The position numbers were made by a program, and so were the translations under genes. Source: Heterodontus francisci (lineage: Eukaryota). From it: a DNA stretch of 64,000 nucleotides. Under the pieces are notes generated by a model. The model was not told where the DNA came from. It saw only the letters and a list, made by a program, of their open reading frames with translations, and searched no databases. The DNA is taken from assembly GCF_036365525.1 (NCBI RefSeq), contig NW_027141721.1, positions 434,001 through 498,000 of the forward strand. Direction: 5' to 3'. Shown here one piece after another: positions 36,356-49,380 of the stretch (position 1 is its first letter; each line of letters opens with the position of its first letter).

Positions 36356-37322
36356 CACTGAAGAGTGCCTGCAGAGTCTCATCGACAGGTTTGCGTCTGC
36401 CTGCAATGAATTTGGCCGAACCATCAGCCTCAAGAAAACGAACATCATGGGGCAGGACGTCAGAAATGCTCCATCCATCAATATTGGCGACCACGCTCTG
36501 GAAGTGGTTCAAGAGTTCACCTACCTAGGCTCAACTATCACCAGTAACCTGTCTCTAGATGCAGAAATCAACAAGCGCATGAGTGAGGCTTCCACTGCTA
36601 TGTCCAGACTGGCCAAGAGAGTGTGGGAAAATGGCGCACTGACACGGAACACAAAAGTCCGAGTGTATCAGGCCTGTGTCCTCAGTACCTTGCTCTACGG
36701 CAGCGAGGCCTGGACAACGTATGCCAGCCAAGAGCGATGTCTCAATTCATTCCATCTTCGCTGCATCCGGAGAATACTTGGCATCAGGTGGCAGGACTAT
36801 ATCTCCAACACAGAAGTCCTTGGAGCGGCCAACACCCCCAGCTTGTACAGACTACTGAGTCAGCGGCGCTTGAGATGGCTTGGCCATGTGAGCCGCATGG
36901 AAGATGGCAGGATCCCCAAAGACACATTGTACAGCGAGCTCGCCACTGGTATCAGACCCACCGGCCGTCCATGTCTCCGCCATAAAGACGTCTGCAAACG
37001 CGACATGAAATCCTGTGACATTGATCACAAGTCGTGGGAGTCAGTTGCCAGCGTTCGCCAGAACTGGCGGGCAGCCATAAAGGCGGGGCTAAAGTGTGGC
37101 GAGTCGAAGAGACTTAGCAGTTGGCAGGACAAAAGACAGAGGCGCAAGGGGAGAGCCAACTGTGCAACAGCCCCGACAAACAAATTTCTCTGCAGCACCT
37201 GTGGAAGAGCCTGTCACTCCAGAATTGGCCTTTATAGCCACTCCAGGCGCTGCTTCACAAACCACTGACCACCTCCAGGCGCGTATCCATTGTCTCTCGA
37301 GATAAGGAGGCCCAAAAGAAAA
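36356..37322 (+). mobile_element. 5'-truncated RTE-clade LINE
   Basis: EFTYLGS, VLSTLLYGSEAWT, RLRWLGHVSRMEDGRIPK and a C-terminal C2H2 motif (CSTCGRACHSRIGLYSH); open frame of 273 aa. Confidence 0.93.
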
Positions 37323-37424
37323 CTGGGACTAGTAATCCAGAGGCTTCGACCGAATGATCCAGAGCACAGGAGTTCAAATCCCACCACAGCAGCTGGGGGA
37401 ATCTAACTAAACAAGCACCACCTT

Positions 37425-37820
37425 AAATATTCACTCCCTCCACCACCAACGCACAGTGGCAACAGTGTGTACCAGCTACACAATGCACTGCAGTAACGCA
37501 CCAAGGCTCCTTCGACAGCACCTTCCAAACCCGCGACCTCAATCTAGAAGGACAAGTGCAGCAAACGCATGGGAACACCACCACCTGCAAGTTCCCCTCC
37601 AAGTCACACACCATCCTGACTTGGAACTATATCGCCGTTCCTTCACTGTCGCTGGGTCAAACTCCTGGAACTCCCTTCCTAACAGCACTGTGGGTGTACT
37701 TACCTCACATGGACTGCAGTGGCTCAAGAAGGCAGCTCACCACCACCTTCTCAAGGGCGATTAGGGATGGGCAATAATTGCTGGCCTGGCCAGTGACTCC
37801 CACATCCAATGAAATAATAA
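37425..37820 (+). mobile_element. 3' end of a CR1/L2-clade LINE
   Basis: ..YRRSFTVAGSNSWNSLPNS..KKAAHHHLLKG with a 3'UTR shared by other repeats in the window. Confidence 0.75.
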
Positions 37821-38139
37821 AAGAATGTTTGCAGATGTCACTAAAATCTGTGCACGGGTTAAGACAGTAGAGGGGTCCTGTGGAATCCAAAGTGATTTAC
37901 TTGTGGCAGGGGATTAGGCCACACAATGGCAACTGGCATTAAATTTAGGCTTATGTTGTGTTATGTACGTTGATGGGGCCAGAAATGAATCCAATTGCAG
38001 GGAAGATACTGAAAGAGGCCAGCAGAGAATTATTCTGGTCAGATCATTGAAGGGTGAAGACTGATGTAAAGAGCCTGCAGTTAAAGTTAACGGGTTTTTA
38101 GATTGTGTTAATGGAATCATCATGAATCAAATGACTAGA

Positions 38140-39595
38140 TTTTAGAATAACATGAGAAATCGGAGCAGGAGTAGACCATTCGGCCCCTCAATCCTGCTCT
38201 GTCATTCAATACCATCATGACTGATCCTCCAACTGAACTCCACTTTTCCACCCGCTCCCCATATCCCTTCAGTCCATCAGTGACCACATATCTGTCTATC
38301 ACAACCTGAAATATATTCAATAATGGAGCATCCGCCACCCCCGAGGGTAGAGAATTCCAAAGATTAACCACCCTTTGAGTGAAGAAACCTCTCCTTATCT
38401 CAGTCCCAAATGCTTGGCCCCTTAACCTGAGGCTGTACTAGATTCCCCAGCCAGGGGAAACAACTTCTCAGTGTCTACCCAGTCAAGCACCTTCAGAATC
38501 TTGTATGTTTCACTGAGATCACCTTTCATTCTTCTAAACTCCATAGAATACAGGCTCTCTCAACATCGGACAAACCTTTCATCCCAGGAACCAATGGAGT
38601 CAGCCTTCGCTGGACTGCCACCAAGGCAAGTGTAGCCTTCCTCGGATATGGAGACCAAAACTGTTGTACAGTAAAGCATGTGTGATCTTATCAAAGCGCT
38701 GGCCAATTGACACAAGACTTCCTTATTCCTGTACTCCAATCCCACTTGCAGTAAAGGCCAACAGGCCATTTGCCTTGCTAATTTCTTGCTGCACCTGCAT
38801 GTGAACTTACTGTGTCTCATGTACGGGGACACCCAAGCCTCTCTGAACATCAACATCGAGAAGATTCACGCCTTGTAAAAAATTATATTCTTACAACCAA
38901 AGTGAACAACCTCATTCTTCCCCACATTATACTCCATCTGCCAATCACTTATTTTGAAATTATGCTGCCTAGTTCTAGATTCGCCCACCAGGGGGAAACA
39001 TCCTCTCGGCTTCCACGCTGTCAATCACCCTTAAATTATTACATGTCTCGGTAAGATCACCTCTCATTCTTCTAAACTCCAGTGGGTATCGGCTTAAACT
39101 GCTCAACATTTCCTCATAAGACAATCCCTTCATCCCAGGTATCAGCCGAGTGAACCTTCTCTGAACTAATTCCAATGCATTTATGTCCTTTCTTAATTAC
39201 GTAGACCAATACTTTACTCAGTACTCCAGATGTGGTCTAACTAAGGCCCTGTACAGCTGTAGCAACACTTCCCTACTTTTATATTCTATTCCCCTTGCAA
39301 TAAACAACAACATTTAATTTGCCGCCCAAATCACTTGCTGTACCTACATGTTGACTTTTTGTGATTCACGTACCAGGACCCCAGATCCCTCTGTCCTGTA
39401 GAGACCTGCAGTCTCTCTTTATTTAAATGATGTTCTGAATTCCCATTCTTCCTGCCAAAGTGGGCAAGCTCACATTTGCCCACATTATGCTCCATCTGCC
39501 AATTTTTTGCCCACTCACTTAACCTATCTATATCCCTCTGCAGACTCTTTGTGCCCTCCTCACAATTTGTTTTCCAACCTATCTTTCGCATGGTC
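38140..39595 (-). mobile_element. Stacked degenerate CR1 LINE fragments
   Basis: LQRDIDRLSEWAKNWQM, ELVQRRFTRLIPGM, VNLWNSLP. Confidence 0.88.
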
Positions 39596-39889
39596 AGCAC
39601 ATTCATGACCAATCAAAAAATAAGGCAATATTCCATGGAAGGAAATGTGGGAATGTTGGGAAGAGAAGAGAGAAAGTCCGGCTCAGGGGCTTGCAGGAAT
39701 CTGCAAAAATAACAGCAATGCTGCCGAGGGAAGTGCTCCTCATTTGTTCACTCTGCTGACAGGCGTGGTCGAGGTACAGGATGGGCGGCCAATCATTCCA
39801 CTCTCTTCATCACAAGTGGTGGCATTTCCATTTACCAGGCACTGGCTTGTTGCTCAGTAAGGGCTGCCTCTCTGCTTCTGAGAAGGACG

Positions 39890-40509
39890 ATGGCAGTCTC
39901 AGCTAAAAACATCTCAATCTTGGTCATCTTATTGCTTGGACATTGGATTTGGTGTAAGTGCTATCCCTTCAGCAGGAGGAAGTAGATTCAATAGTAATCT
40001 CCCAAATGGCTATTGGATCAGGGCTTGGAGCGGGGAAATTGGGAGGGCAATGGGGTAGGAGCAGGGGCAAGTGCGGCTAACTCGATAGCTCTTTCAAACA
40101 GCAGATACGATGGGCAGAACGGCCTCTTTCTATTCTGTTAGATTTTATGATTTATGCTACCATTTTCCTTCCATGATTCTGAATTACTTTCTTTTATGGA
40201 ATGTGTTCCAGGGGTTCAGTCTGCACCCACTGTGGTCCAGACTCCAGCTGCGGCTTCTATTCGACCGGGGAAGCCCCTCGCCCTCGGCTGCAGCTTGGAG
40301 GGAGCCAGCATGGGCAGCTACACCATGCACTGGTACAGGCAGGAGGGGAAGGCAGTAAAGTGGATGTGCAATGAGCACGGCAGCTGTGGGCCAGGCTTTG
40401 AGAAGCGGTTCACTGTGCAACACGACGCTGCAAGCAACCGATTCTCCCTGCAGCTGGTCGACCCCCAGCCGACAGACACTGCGACCTACTACTGTGCAGC
40501 GAGTATGGG
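39890..40509 (+). CDS. TRBV: V15: inverted TCR V segment of a distinct short-CDR2 family, probably functional
   Basis: Leader 39890-39953 (MAVSAKNISILVILLLGHWIW); V exon 40212-40509 (CSLEGASMGSYTMHWYRQ..DTATYYCAASM); CACAGCG 40510-40516, 23-bp spacer, ACAAAAACA 40540-40548. Confidence 0.9.
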
Positions 40510-40714
40510 CACAGCGATACAACCCTGCGGCAGAGTGAGACAAAAACATCCTCACCCTCCCAACCTGCCCCTAAAACACCCACCTGTGAGCAGCATCATC
40601 GTGAAAGCTCAGCAAACCAACGAGCCCCTGTGTATCCCTATTGGTGACCTTTGCAACACCATTTCATCTGAAAACACTTTACAGCCAGTTAGCCAGAAAG
40701 TCATACAGCCTGTA

Positions 40715-41310
40715 TGGTACAGAAGGAGGCCATTCTGCCCAACGAGTCCATGCAATCCAGTCAGTCCCATTCTACCTCTCTATCCCTGCGGCCCAGCAAG
40801 ATTATCTCCTTCAAGTGTCCAATCAATTTCCTTTTGAAATCATTCATTGTCTCCACTTCCACCACCCTGGTAGGCAGTGAATTCCCTGTTGTTACCACTC
40901 ACTGTGTATAGAGGTTCTTCCTCAAATACCCCAGTATCTATTGTCCAGAATCATCAATCTGTGACCAATAGTCCTTGCACCATCCACTAATGGGAACAGG
41001 TTTACTCTGTCTACCTTAACTAACACTGTCACAATCTTGTTTCCTCTATCAGATCTCCCCTCAATCGCCTTTGCACCAAGGTAAACAACCCCAGATTCTC
41101 CAAAATAACCATGTAACATCCCTGGAACCATTCTGGTAAAATCTCCTTTGCACCCTGTCATGGACACTCACATCCTTCCTAAAGTGTGGTGACCAGAAAT
41201 GAACGCAAACTTCCAGTTACAGCCTAACCAGAGCTTTGGAAAGGTTCATCGTAGCTTCCCAGCGCTTGTGCTCCATGCCTCCATTTATAAAGCCCAAGAA
41301 CCCGAGTGCT
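40715..41310 (-). mobile_element. Degenerate CR1 3' fragment
   Basis: FTRMVPGM..DRVNLFPLVDGART. Confidence 0.75.
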
Positions 41311-41739
41311 TTACTAATCCCATATTCGTTGCTAGTACTTCTTCGAAGTGCAGCCACTGCTGCAAGATAGGAACAGTGGCAGCCAGTTTCTACAAAGCAA
41401 GATCCATCAAACAGGGAATAATGTCCAGATCATCTGTGGTTATTGTCGGAGCAATTTTGATTGGAGGATAATCATTGCTGAGGATTGCCCCCTCTGACTG
41501 TGCAGTTCTGCCCTTCTGGACATCAGAGGTTGTCCTCTGTACAGTCCCAGGATGTCACCAAAACAAAACCCAATACTAGCCAATGAAATGTTTCTCATTT
41601 GTTCATCCCATTGACCTGTGTAGTCTAAGCACATGCTTTGTTGTTGGATCATTATGCATAGTTCCTTACATCCGGTGGCATCTGTGCTGAGGAGGACAAT
41701 ATTATTGGTGGCAAATTGGCCCCCTCGAACACTGCATCG

Positions 41740-42620
41740 CAGGAGTAAAACAGCAACAAATTCAAGAAAAATATCAACAAATTCAACAACAACTTCAGCA
41801 GGTGAAAAACACAAACAAATTCAACAACAACTTCAACAGGTGAAAAGCACCAACAAATTCAACAACTTCAGCAGGAAAAAAAAAATCAACGATTACAACA
41901 ACAACTTCAGCAGGAGAAAAACACCACAAATTCAACAACATTAGCGGGAAAAAACATTCAACATATACAACAACAACTTCAGCAGGAGAAAAACACCAAA
42001 ACATTCAACAACAAAGTCAGCAGGGTTTAAAGAACACCAACAAATTCAACAACAACTTCAGCAGGAAAAAAAAATCAATGAATACAACAACAACTTCAGC
42101 AGGAGAAAAACACCAAAAAATTCAACAGCAAAGTCAGCAGGCAGTAAAGAACTCCAACAGATTCAACAACAACTTCAGCAGGAAAAAAAATCAACGAATA
42201 CAACAACAACTTCAGCAACAGTTAAAAAGCCCCACAATTCAAAAACAACTTCAGCAGGAGAAAAACACCAACAAATTCAACAACAACTTCAGCAGTAGAA
42301 AAACACCAACAAATTCAACAATAACTTCAGCAGGAGAAAAACACCAACAAATACAACAACAACTTCAGCTGCAGTAAAACAAAACCCAACAAATCCAACA
42401 ATAACTTCAGCAGGAGAGAAAAACACCAAAAATCCAACAACAACTTCAGTCGGAAGAAAGCACCAACAAATTCAACAACAACTTCAGTCAGAAGAAGGCA
42501 CCAACAAATTCAACAACAACTTCAGTCAGAAGCAGGCACCAAGAAGTTCAACAACAACTTCAGTCGGAAGAAGACACCAACAAATTCAACAACATCTTCA
42601 GCAGGAGAACAACACCAACA
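41740..42620 (+). repeat. CAA-rich minisatellite, unit about 36-38 bp, more than 20 copies
   Basis: caccaacaaattcaacaacaacttcagcaggagaaaaa units. Confidence 0.93.
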
Positions 42621-43979
42621 TTTAGGGGTGTCGAAAGGGATTGGTGAAGTTGGTGGAAATAACACAGCAGGCACATGAGCATTTTGTGGGAGTTTAGGAT
42701 GGAGGGTTACTGGGGAATGTTAATCAGGGATGCTGGATAGGAGCTCAGCCAAGTAACTGTGCATGTATCGCTTGCATGGAAGAGGCTGGGGTTAGCTACA
42801 GAGCAGTGAGGGGAAAGATTGAAACAGACCAGATGATGTGTCTGGGGGTGAGGACAGGCCATGCAGTGTACACACACCCGTGTTGAGGCCTCTATTCTAT
42901 TATATTTCTCAATCTCTCTATCTGCTTTCATTCACAGGATGTGGTTGTGGCACTGTTATGCAGAATTCAGTGCCCACCTCCTCACCGTCTTTGAGAAGAT
43001 GGCGATGAGCCCACCCCCATTGCTGTCTGTTCCCGTCACAGCTTTTGTACGACCGACTGTCTTGCCCGGCCAATTCAGAGGGCCCTTTAAGAATCAACCA
43101 TATTGTTGTGGGACTGGAGTCACCTCTTAGGCCAGACCAGATAAGGATGGCAGGTTTCTTTCTCTCAGTGACGATGAGTTTTTTGTCCAATACTGTAGGT
43201 TGATGTTCACCATGACTGAGAGCAGCTTTTCATCAATCAAGCTTTATCTAATGAAGGGAATTGAAATAATCCAGCATGCTGGGATTTGAATTCACATCTC
43301 CAGGTTATTAGCCCAGGCCTTTACATTACTAGCCCAGGAACATAACACTTTGTTACCTTACCCTTTAACCTACTGTTTTGCCTCGGGCCTAGGAGTGGAA
43401 AAATACAAAGGTGTGTCGGTTAAACCCACAAAACAGGCTGTTTTTTTCTTGCTGCATCCGTGAACATGTTGAAACATTTACAGCTGCACTCTGATAACCA
43501 CACATACTAACGGTGCCTTCCCTGTCTCTGTGTCTCTCTGTACAATGCGATTCTGTTGCTGTGTTGTGCTGACAAAGTCCTTCCACAAGAGCATGCGAAG
43601 GAAACAGCGCAGAGGAATTTGCAGGTGGTTATGGCGACAAATTGAATTGACAGGAGAGATAGGAGGAGTTGCACTAGCTGGGTTGATCTTGCAGAGAGCT
43701 GGCATGGACTCGATGGGCCGAATGGCCTCCTTCTATACTGTAACCAGTCTCTGATTCTATGATCGATTTCCTGTGGTCGGAGAATCTGAAAATATCTTTG
43801 ATCAGTCAATCAAGTGTGAAGGAAATGCAACACCCAACATGTTTACATTGCTTGTTCTTTATTCCCTCAGGTAGAGAAGATTAAACGGTGATCTGACTGA
43901 GGTGTTTAAAACGATTGAATGGGTTGACAGGGTAGATAGAGATAAACTGCTTCCTCTTGTTGGGGGCGGGGTACGGGGG

Positions 43980-44740
43980 CAGAACAGCAGAGAAGGAGCC
44001 TGTTCGGCCCTTCGAGTCCATGCGGGCTCTCTGTACAGCAATCCAGTTTGTCCCATTCCTCAAGCAAGTTTATTTCTCTCCAAGTTCCTGTCTATTTTCA
44101 TATTGAAATCATTCATTCTCTCTGATTCCACCACCCTGGTAGGCAGTGAGTTCCAGGTCATTACACCTCACTGCGTAAACAAGATATTCCTCACCTCGCC
44201 CCTGTATCTCTTGCCCAAAACCGTACATCTGTGTCCCCGAGCCCTTGTACCCATCAGCTCATGGGAACAGCTTTTCATTGTCTACTTTACCTAAACCTCT
44301 CTTCATTTTGTACACTTCTATCAAATCTCCCCTCAATTTCCTTTGCTCCAAGGAGAACAACCCCAGCTTCAACAACCGAATCATGTAGCTAAAATCTCTC
44401 ATCCCTGGAACCATCCCAATCCATCTCCTTTACACCCTCTCAAGGACCCTACAACCTTCCTCAAGTGTAGTGACCAGAACTGGACTCAATACTCAAGTTG
44501 GGGCCGAACAAGAGCCTTATAAATGTTTCGCTCAATCTCTCTGCTTTTGAACTCTACACCTCTATTTATAAATCTCGAGATCCCATAAGCTTTGTGAACC
44601 TCTCTGTCCATATGTCCTGCCACCTTCAAAGATCTATGCACATTAACCCCCAGGTCCCTCTGTCCTTGAACACTCTTCAGGCCTGTGTCATTAAGTCTGT
44701 ATTTCCTCTCTGTCTCCCTTCTGCCAAAATGAATCACCTG
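43980..44740 (-). mobile_element. CR1 LINE 3' portion
   Basis: IHFGR..QRDLGVNVHRSLKVA..YKALVRPQLEY. Confidence 0.85.
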
Positions 44741-47649
44741 ATAGCAATGTAGTTCACTGTTAACTGCCTCTGAGATGGGCTAGCAAGTCATTCAGTTCAG
44801 GGCAATTCAGCATAGGTAATGAATTCTGACCTTGTCAGTGATGTGCACATCCCTGAATATGTGCTTCTTTATATAAAATTCCTCCTTCTCCATTTTTCTT
44901 TCACTGTTTTCTGACTTTGCTTCCCCTCTTTACTTCCTTCAGATCATCTGTTTTAGTATATCACAAGTGTTGGTCAAACCAGTCACTATGAACGAGCAGA
45001 CTTGGGGAAATCCAGTTGTCTATTTTGTGTGGAATGGTTATGATTTTAATCTGTTTCAGAGTTAGTGGAATTGACTATTAGGTAGATGGGTCAAGTCACT
45101 GCTGCTTTGCTCGCTCAGTCTCTCCAGAAGCAAGTGGGACTCAGGCTGCGGTGGAGCTCCATCCCCATCTCGTGGCTGTAATGTGTAACTACAGGCACCT
45201 GAGATTTGCAAAGTGCAATTGATAAAATAGGCATTATGAAGACATGCTTTGAAATTGCTCCGTCTTCCCATTTTTTATCCATTGCTTCAGCTGGTGACGC
45301 TAGTGACATCGAATTAGATAGAAATTGCAGCACAGATTCAGGCTATTCGGCCCGATGGCCCCACGTTCCAGACTAGCCTGGGGCAGATGGTGGTGTAGTT
45401 GTCATGTCACTGAGCTGGTGTACCAGAGGCGGGGGTGAATCTCCAGGGGACATGCGTTAGAATCCCACCAGGTCAGATGGTGGAATTTAAATTCAATTAA
45501 TGAATAAATGCAATTATTTCATCAGAAAATCTGCAATTGAAAACTAGTCTCAGTTAAGGTGTCCTGACACCCAGCTGGCTCACTCATGTCTTTTCGGGAA
45601 GGAAATCATCCGTCCAAACCCGCTCTGAAAACCTCAACAAACTGCGTTTCACCTCCTCAATGAACAGACCTGATTAATACAGCCCCTCCACCAGCGCAGT
45701 GAGGATATCACAACATGTCAGTGTGAAGCCTTCTGTTCTGAAAACTGTCTCTCACTTGATCACATGAAGTGAGCACCAGATCTCCCGTTATTCCACCTGG
45801 AAACAGGGAGCACGGGAGTGGGGGGCGGGGGGAATGTTACTTTAGACTTGGCACGATAGATGTGGGAGTTGTGCTAAAGTCACGATGGAAATTCAGGCTC
45901 TCTCCTAGTTTCCTACAAACACCTGGGCCAATGTAATTGCAAAATAGAACCTGGAAATCTACAAACTGGCATCTGGGTGCAAATATTTCAAGGTTGGAAT
46001 GATATAAATGTCACTTAATGCCCCCTTAACAATCATATTAAAGGCTCATCTACGGGATATCAAATCATTGAGTTTTTTTTTCGCATTGCCGGAATATATT
46101 GTGTGAAATAGGTGAGAAGTGAAAAATTTCAGAAGCAGCCAAGTTGACCTGTGGAGCTGCTGTGGGGAAAGCTCACTCTGTCTGAGCATGTTCTCGGCAG
46201 CGGCTGCAGTGGAGTAACACTGGCACCTAGTGGCTCCAGCTGCAACTGCAAGCACCGATTCTGCAGGCGTTTCAGTGTCAGACCCTGAACCTGTTTCAGT
46301 CATTAGTTATCTTCTCCTACTCGACTCGTTTTGGCGCTTGTGGCACAGAACTAGATGGAAGTTAGTGCACAGATCCGCGCCATTCGGCCTGACAGCTCCC
46401 TGCTTCACTCAAGCCTCAGCCAGTCAAATACATATTGAAGTGCACTGTTGTCATGTCGGTAAGGAGGCAGACAAGCTGCAAGTTCAAGTGCAGCGTTATT
46501 CATAAAGAAAAGGGAGTGGGAGTAATTGGACAGGGAGGGTGAAAACCAGGGATCATAAATGTAAGGTAGTCCTTAATAAATCCAATTCGGAATTCAGGAG
46601 GAGGTTCTTTAACCCAGGGAACGTTGAGAATGTAGAATTGGCGACCAAATGGAATGGGTTGAGATCGAATAGAGACGATGCAGTTAAGGGGGGAGCTGAT
46701 TAAATACATGAGTGAGAAAGGAATAGAAGAATCTGCTGATGGTGCAAGATAGAGAGAGATGGGAGGAGGTCGCTCTTTCGAACAGCCAGGCCAGGATCGT
46801 TGGGCTGAATGGCCTGGATCTATCCTGCATGATTCTATGATCCAATAAGACCCGTCAACCTGCTGCCTTGTTTCAGGGCCAAGACAGTTTCATTTCCCCC
46901 CTTGTGCTAAACGGGAGTTAAAGGGTTAAGTTCTTCACCGCACTGAACTCCAGTCACTGTGAAAATTCTTCAAAAGACCCCGAGAGACTGAGAGACAAAT
47001 GGGTTAACAGTTTTGAACAGATGCTGAAGCCGCCGTCTGGAGGCAGGTGTTCCAGTCAGAGACGGATCTGGAGAGGTGTTTCGCCTTTGCACTGTATGAA
47101 TCATCAGAGACATGATTAAAGGTTCCAAGATCAACCATTTCCTATTTGTATGGACTTGTGTCCATTAGAGTAATGAGGGTAAGGGGAGATTTGAAAGATG
47201 TGGTCAGAAGTGTCTTGATAGAGAAACTGTATCCAGATGGTTGTATCTACTGTCAGGAGGGTCGATAAACCAGGGACCAAGAATTGAAGGTAATTGGGAA
47301 AGGAACTAGAGTGGGAGATGAGTGGAATCTTTCTCCTCAGTGAATTGTTATCATGTGGAGGGCACTGACTGAAAGGGCGGTGGAAGACGATCCAATAGTA
47401 ACTTCCAGATGTCAATTGGAGAAGTAGATGAAGGGGAGATTTATTAGTGCAATGGAGAACTAGTCAGTGAATGGGAACTAGTTAGACAACTCTGTCAAAG
47501 AGCCAGATTATTCAAAAGTAGACATAGAAACTGACAGATAGTCAGAGTGATAGAATGACACCCCAGATAGACAGGTCTATCTCCCACAAGTGAGCTCTGT
47601 CAATGTTTAGAGTTTTTGCTGAACTCCAGCGCCTTTCGGAGTCACTGTG

Positions 47650-48273
47650 CAGTCTCCATGCACAGTAATACACGGCTGATTGATTCACCAACAGGCTGGA
47701 GGACTCCAGGTAAAAATGGGTGTTGTCGGGTCTCCTGGCGGTGAAACCGTCCACCTCACCGGAGGGAGTGACCGTTCCAGCACCGTAGGAATAGAAAAGG
47801 TTCTCGGGCTCACGGTCCAGATGCCATCGGTACCAGTAGAAAACAGAGCTAGCTATTGCTTCAGTGTAAGTACACTCGATCCTGACTGGAGAGCCTGGGG
47901 AATGGGATATGGAAGAGGGAGCCTGTTGGATCAACACGGCCCCCACATCTGTAAAACAGAGAGGGAGGGAGAGAGAGAGAAAGAGAGAGATTAGCACAGG
48001 GAAACTGTCTATATCGTTATCAACAAGAAGAGGTAGAAGTGGGCAGACAGACAGAGAGAGAGAGAGAGAGAGAGCGGTGGGGACCAGATGGAGGCAGAGA
48101 GGCAGAGCGAGAGTGAATGAGAGACAGAGAAAGAAATACAGAGTGAGAAGGAGAGAGACAAAGACAGACAGAGACTGAGAAGCAGACACATGTACATCAT
48201 TGTAACCTCACAGTTCAGGCACCTCCTTACCCGTTAACACCAACAACACAACCCAGAGCTGAGACACAGCCAT
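47650..48273 (-). CDS. TRBV: V16: family-E TCR V segment, probably functional
   Basis: Leader 48231-48273 (MAVSQLWVVLLVLT); V exon 47650-47948 ending YYCAWRL; CACAGTG 47643-47649, 23-bp spacer, GCAAAAACT 47611-47619. Confidence 0.92.
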
Positions 48274-48889
48274 CTCTGGAGGGTGAAGGATCCGTGTGGT
48301 TTTATATGAAATGACTGAGAACTTTTATTGTAGAGTATCTCAAAGTTCTGGGCACTGACTGGAATTTGCAGCTTCTCTCTCCATCATCTTCAACATTTTC
48401 CTAGGCGGAGCCAAGCTTTCTATCTTTGCTCATGGGCTCACCGAGGACTCGTCATTTCTGGGGAGGGACCAATGTTTGAGCCCCAGCTCATCGGTTTCTG
48501 GGCCTGCAGTTCTGTTTCATGTCTTTGAAAGTTGCAGAAATGTGATGTAAACTATCTTCTGTGGTGGAGAGGTGATTAAATGGGCGGGTGTGTTGGTATC
48601 ATCAATACCTTCAGTACTCCCCTGATCATAACCACATTCATCCTGACACCATCCTCACACTCATCATTACCATCTGAGGCCACATTATCACCCTCGTCCC
48701 GACCGCCAGTATCTGTGTCAGCCTCACCCTCAGCAGCCTCATAACCATGAAAAGATGCTCACTCCACCATCATTATCAAGCTTGCTCACTTCCAATTGTA
48801 TCTGAATGTATTCAGTGATGGGATGTGTGCATTGCTGGAAGGGTCATTTCAGAAAAGCTGAGATGTTACAAGAGTAAATGTTCACTATC

Positions 48890-49380
48890 TTTGGGTGCAG
48901 AGGAGATTCACCAGGATGTTGCCTGGGATGGAGCATTTCAGCTATGAAGAGAGACTGAAAAGTCTGTGGTTGTTTTCCTCAGAGCAGAGAAGGCTGAGGG
49001 GTGACCTGAGTGAAGTGAACAAATTATGAAGGGCATTGATAGGTTAGAAAGGAAGAAACGTTTTCCTTTAGTGGAGGGGTCAATAACCAGGCGACATAGA
49101 TTTAACGTAAGGGGCAGGAGGTTTAGAGGGGATTTGAGGAAAAACGTTTTCACCCAGAGGGTGGCTGAACTCTGAAACGGACTGCATGAAGAGGTGATAG
49201 AGGCAGGAACCCTCACAACATTTAAGAAGTATTCAGATCAGCACGTGAAACACCATAGCATACTAGACTACGGGCCAAGAGCTGGAAAATGGGATTAAAA
49301 TAGTTAGGTGCTTGATGGCCAGCAGAGACACGATGGGACGAAGGGCCTGTTTCTGTGCTGTATAACTCGAAGACTCTATT
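48890..49380 (+). mobile_element. CR1 LINE 3' end
   Basis: [26 protein letters not shown] and a 3'UTR ending ..ctgtgctgtataactc..gactctat. Confidence 0.88.

Noticed and set aside
42078-42377. Poly-Q/N/T ORFs
   Set aside because: Translations of the CAA minisatellite
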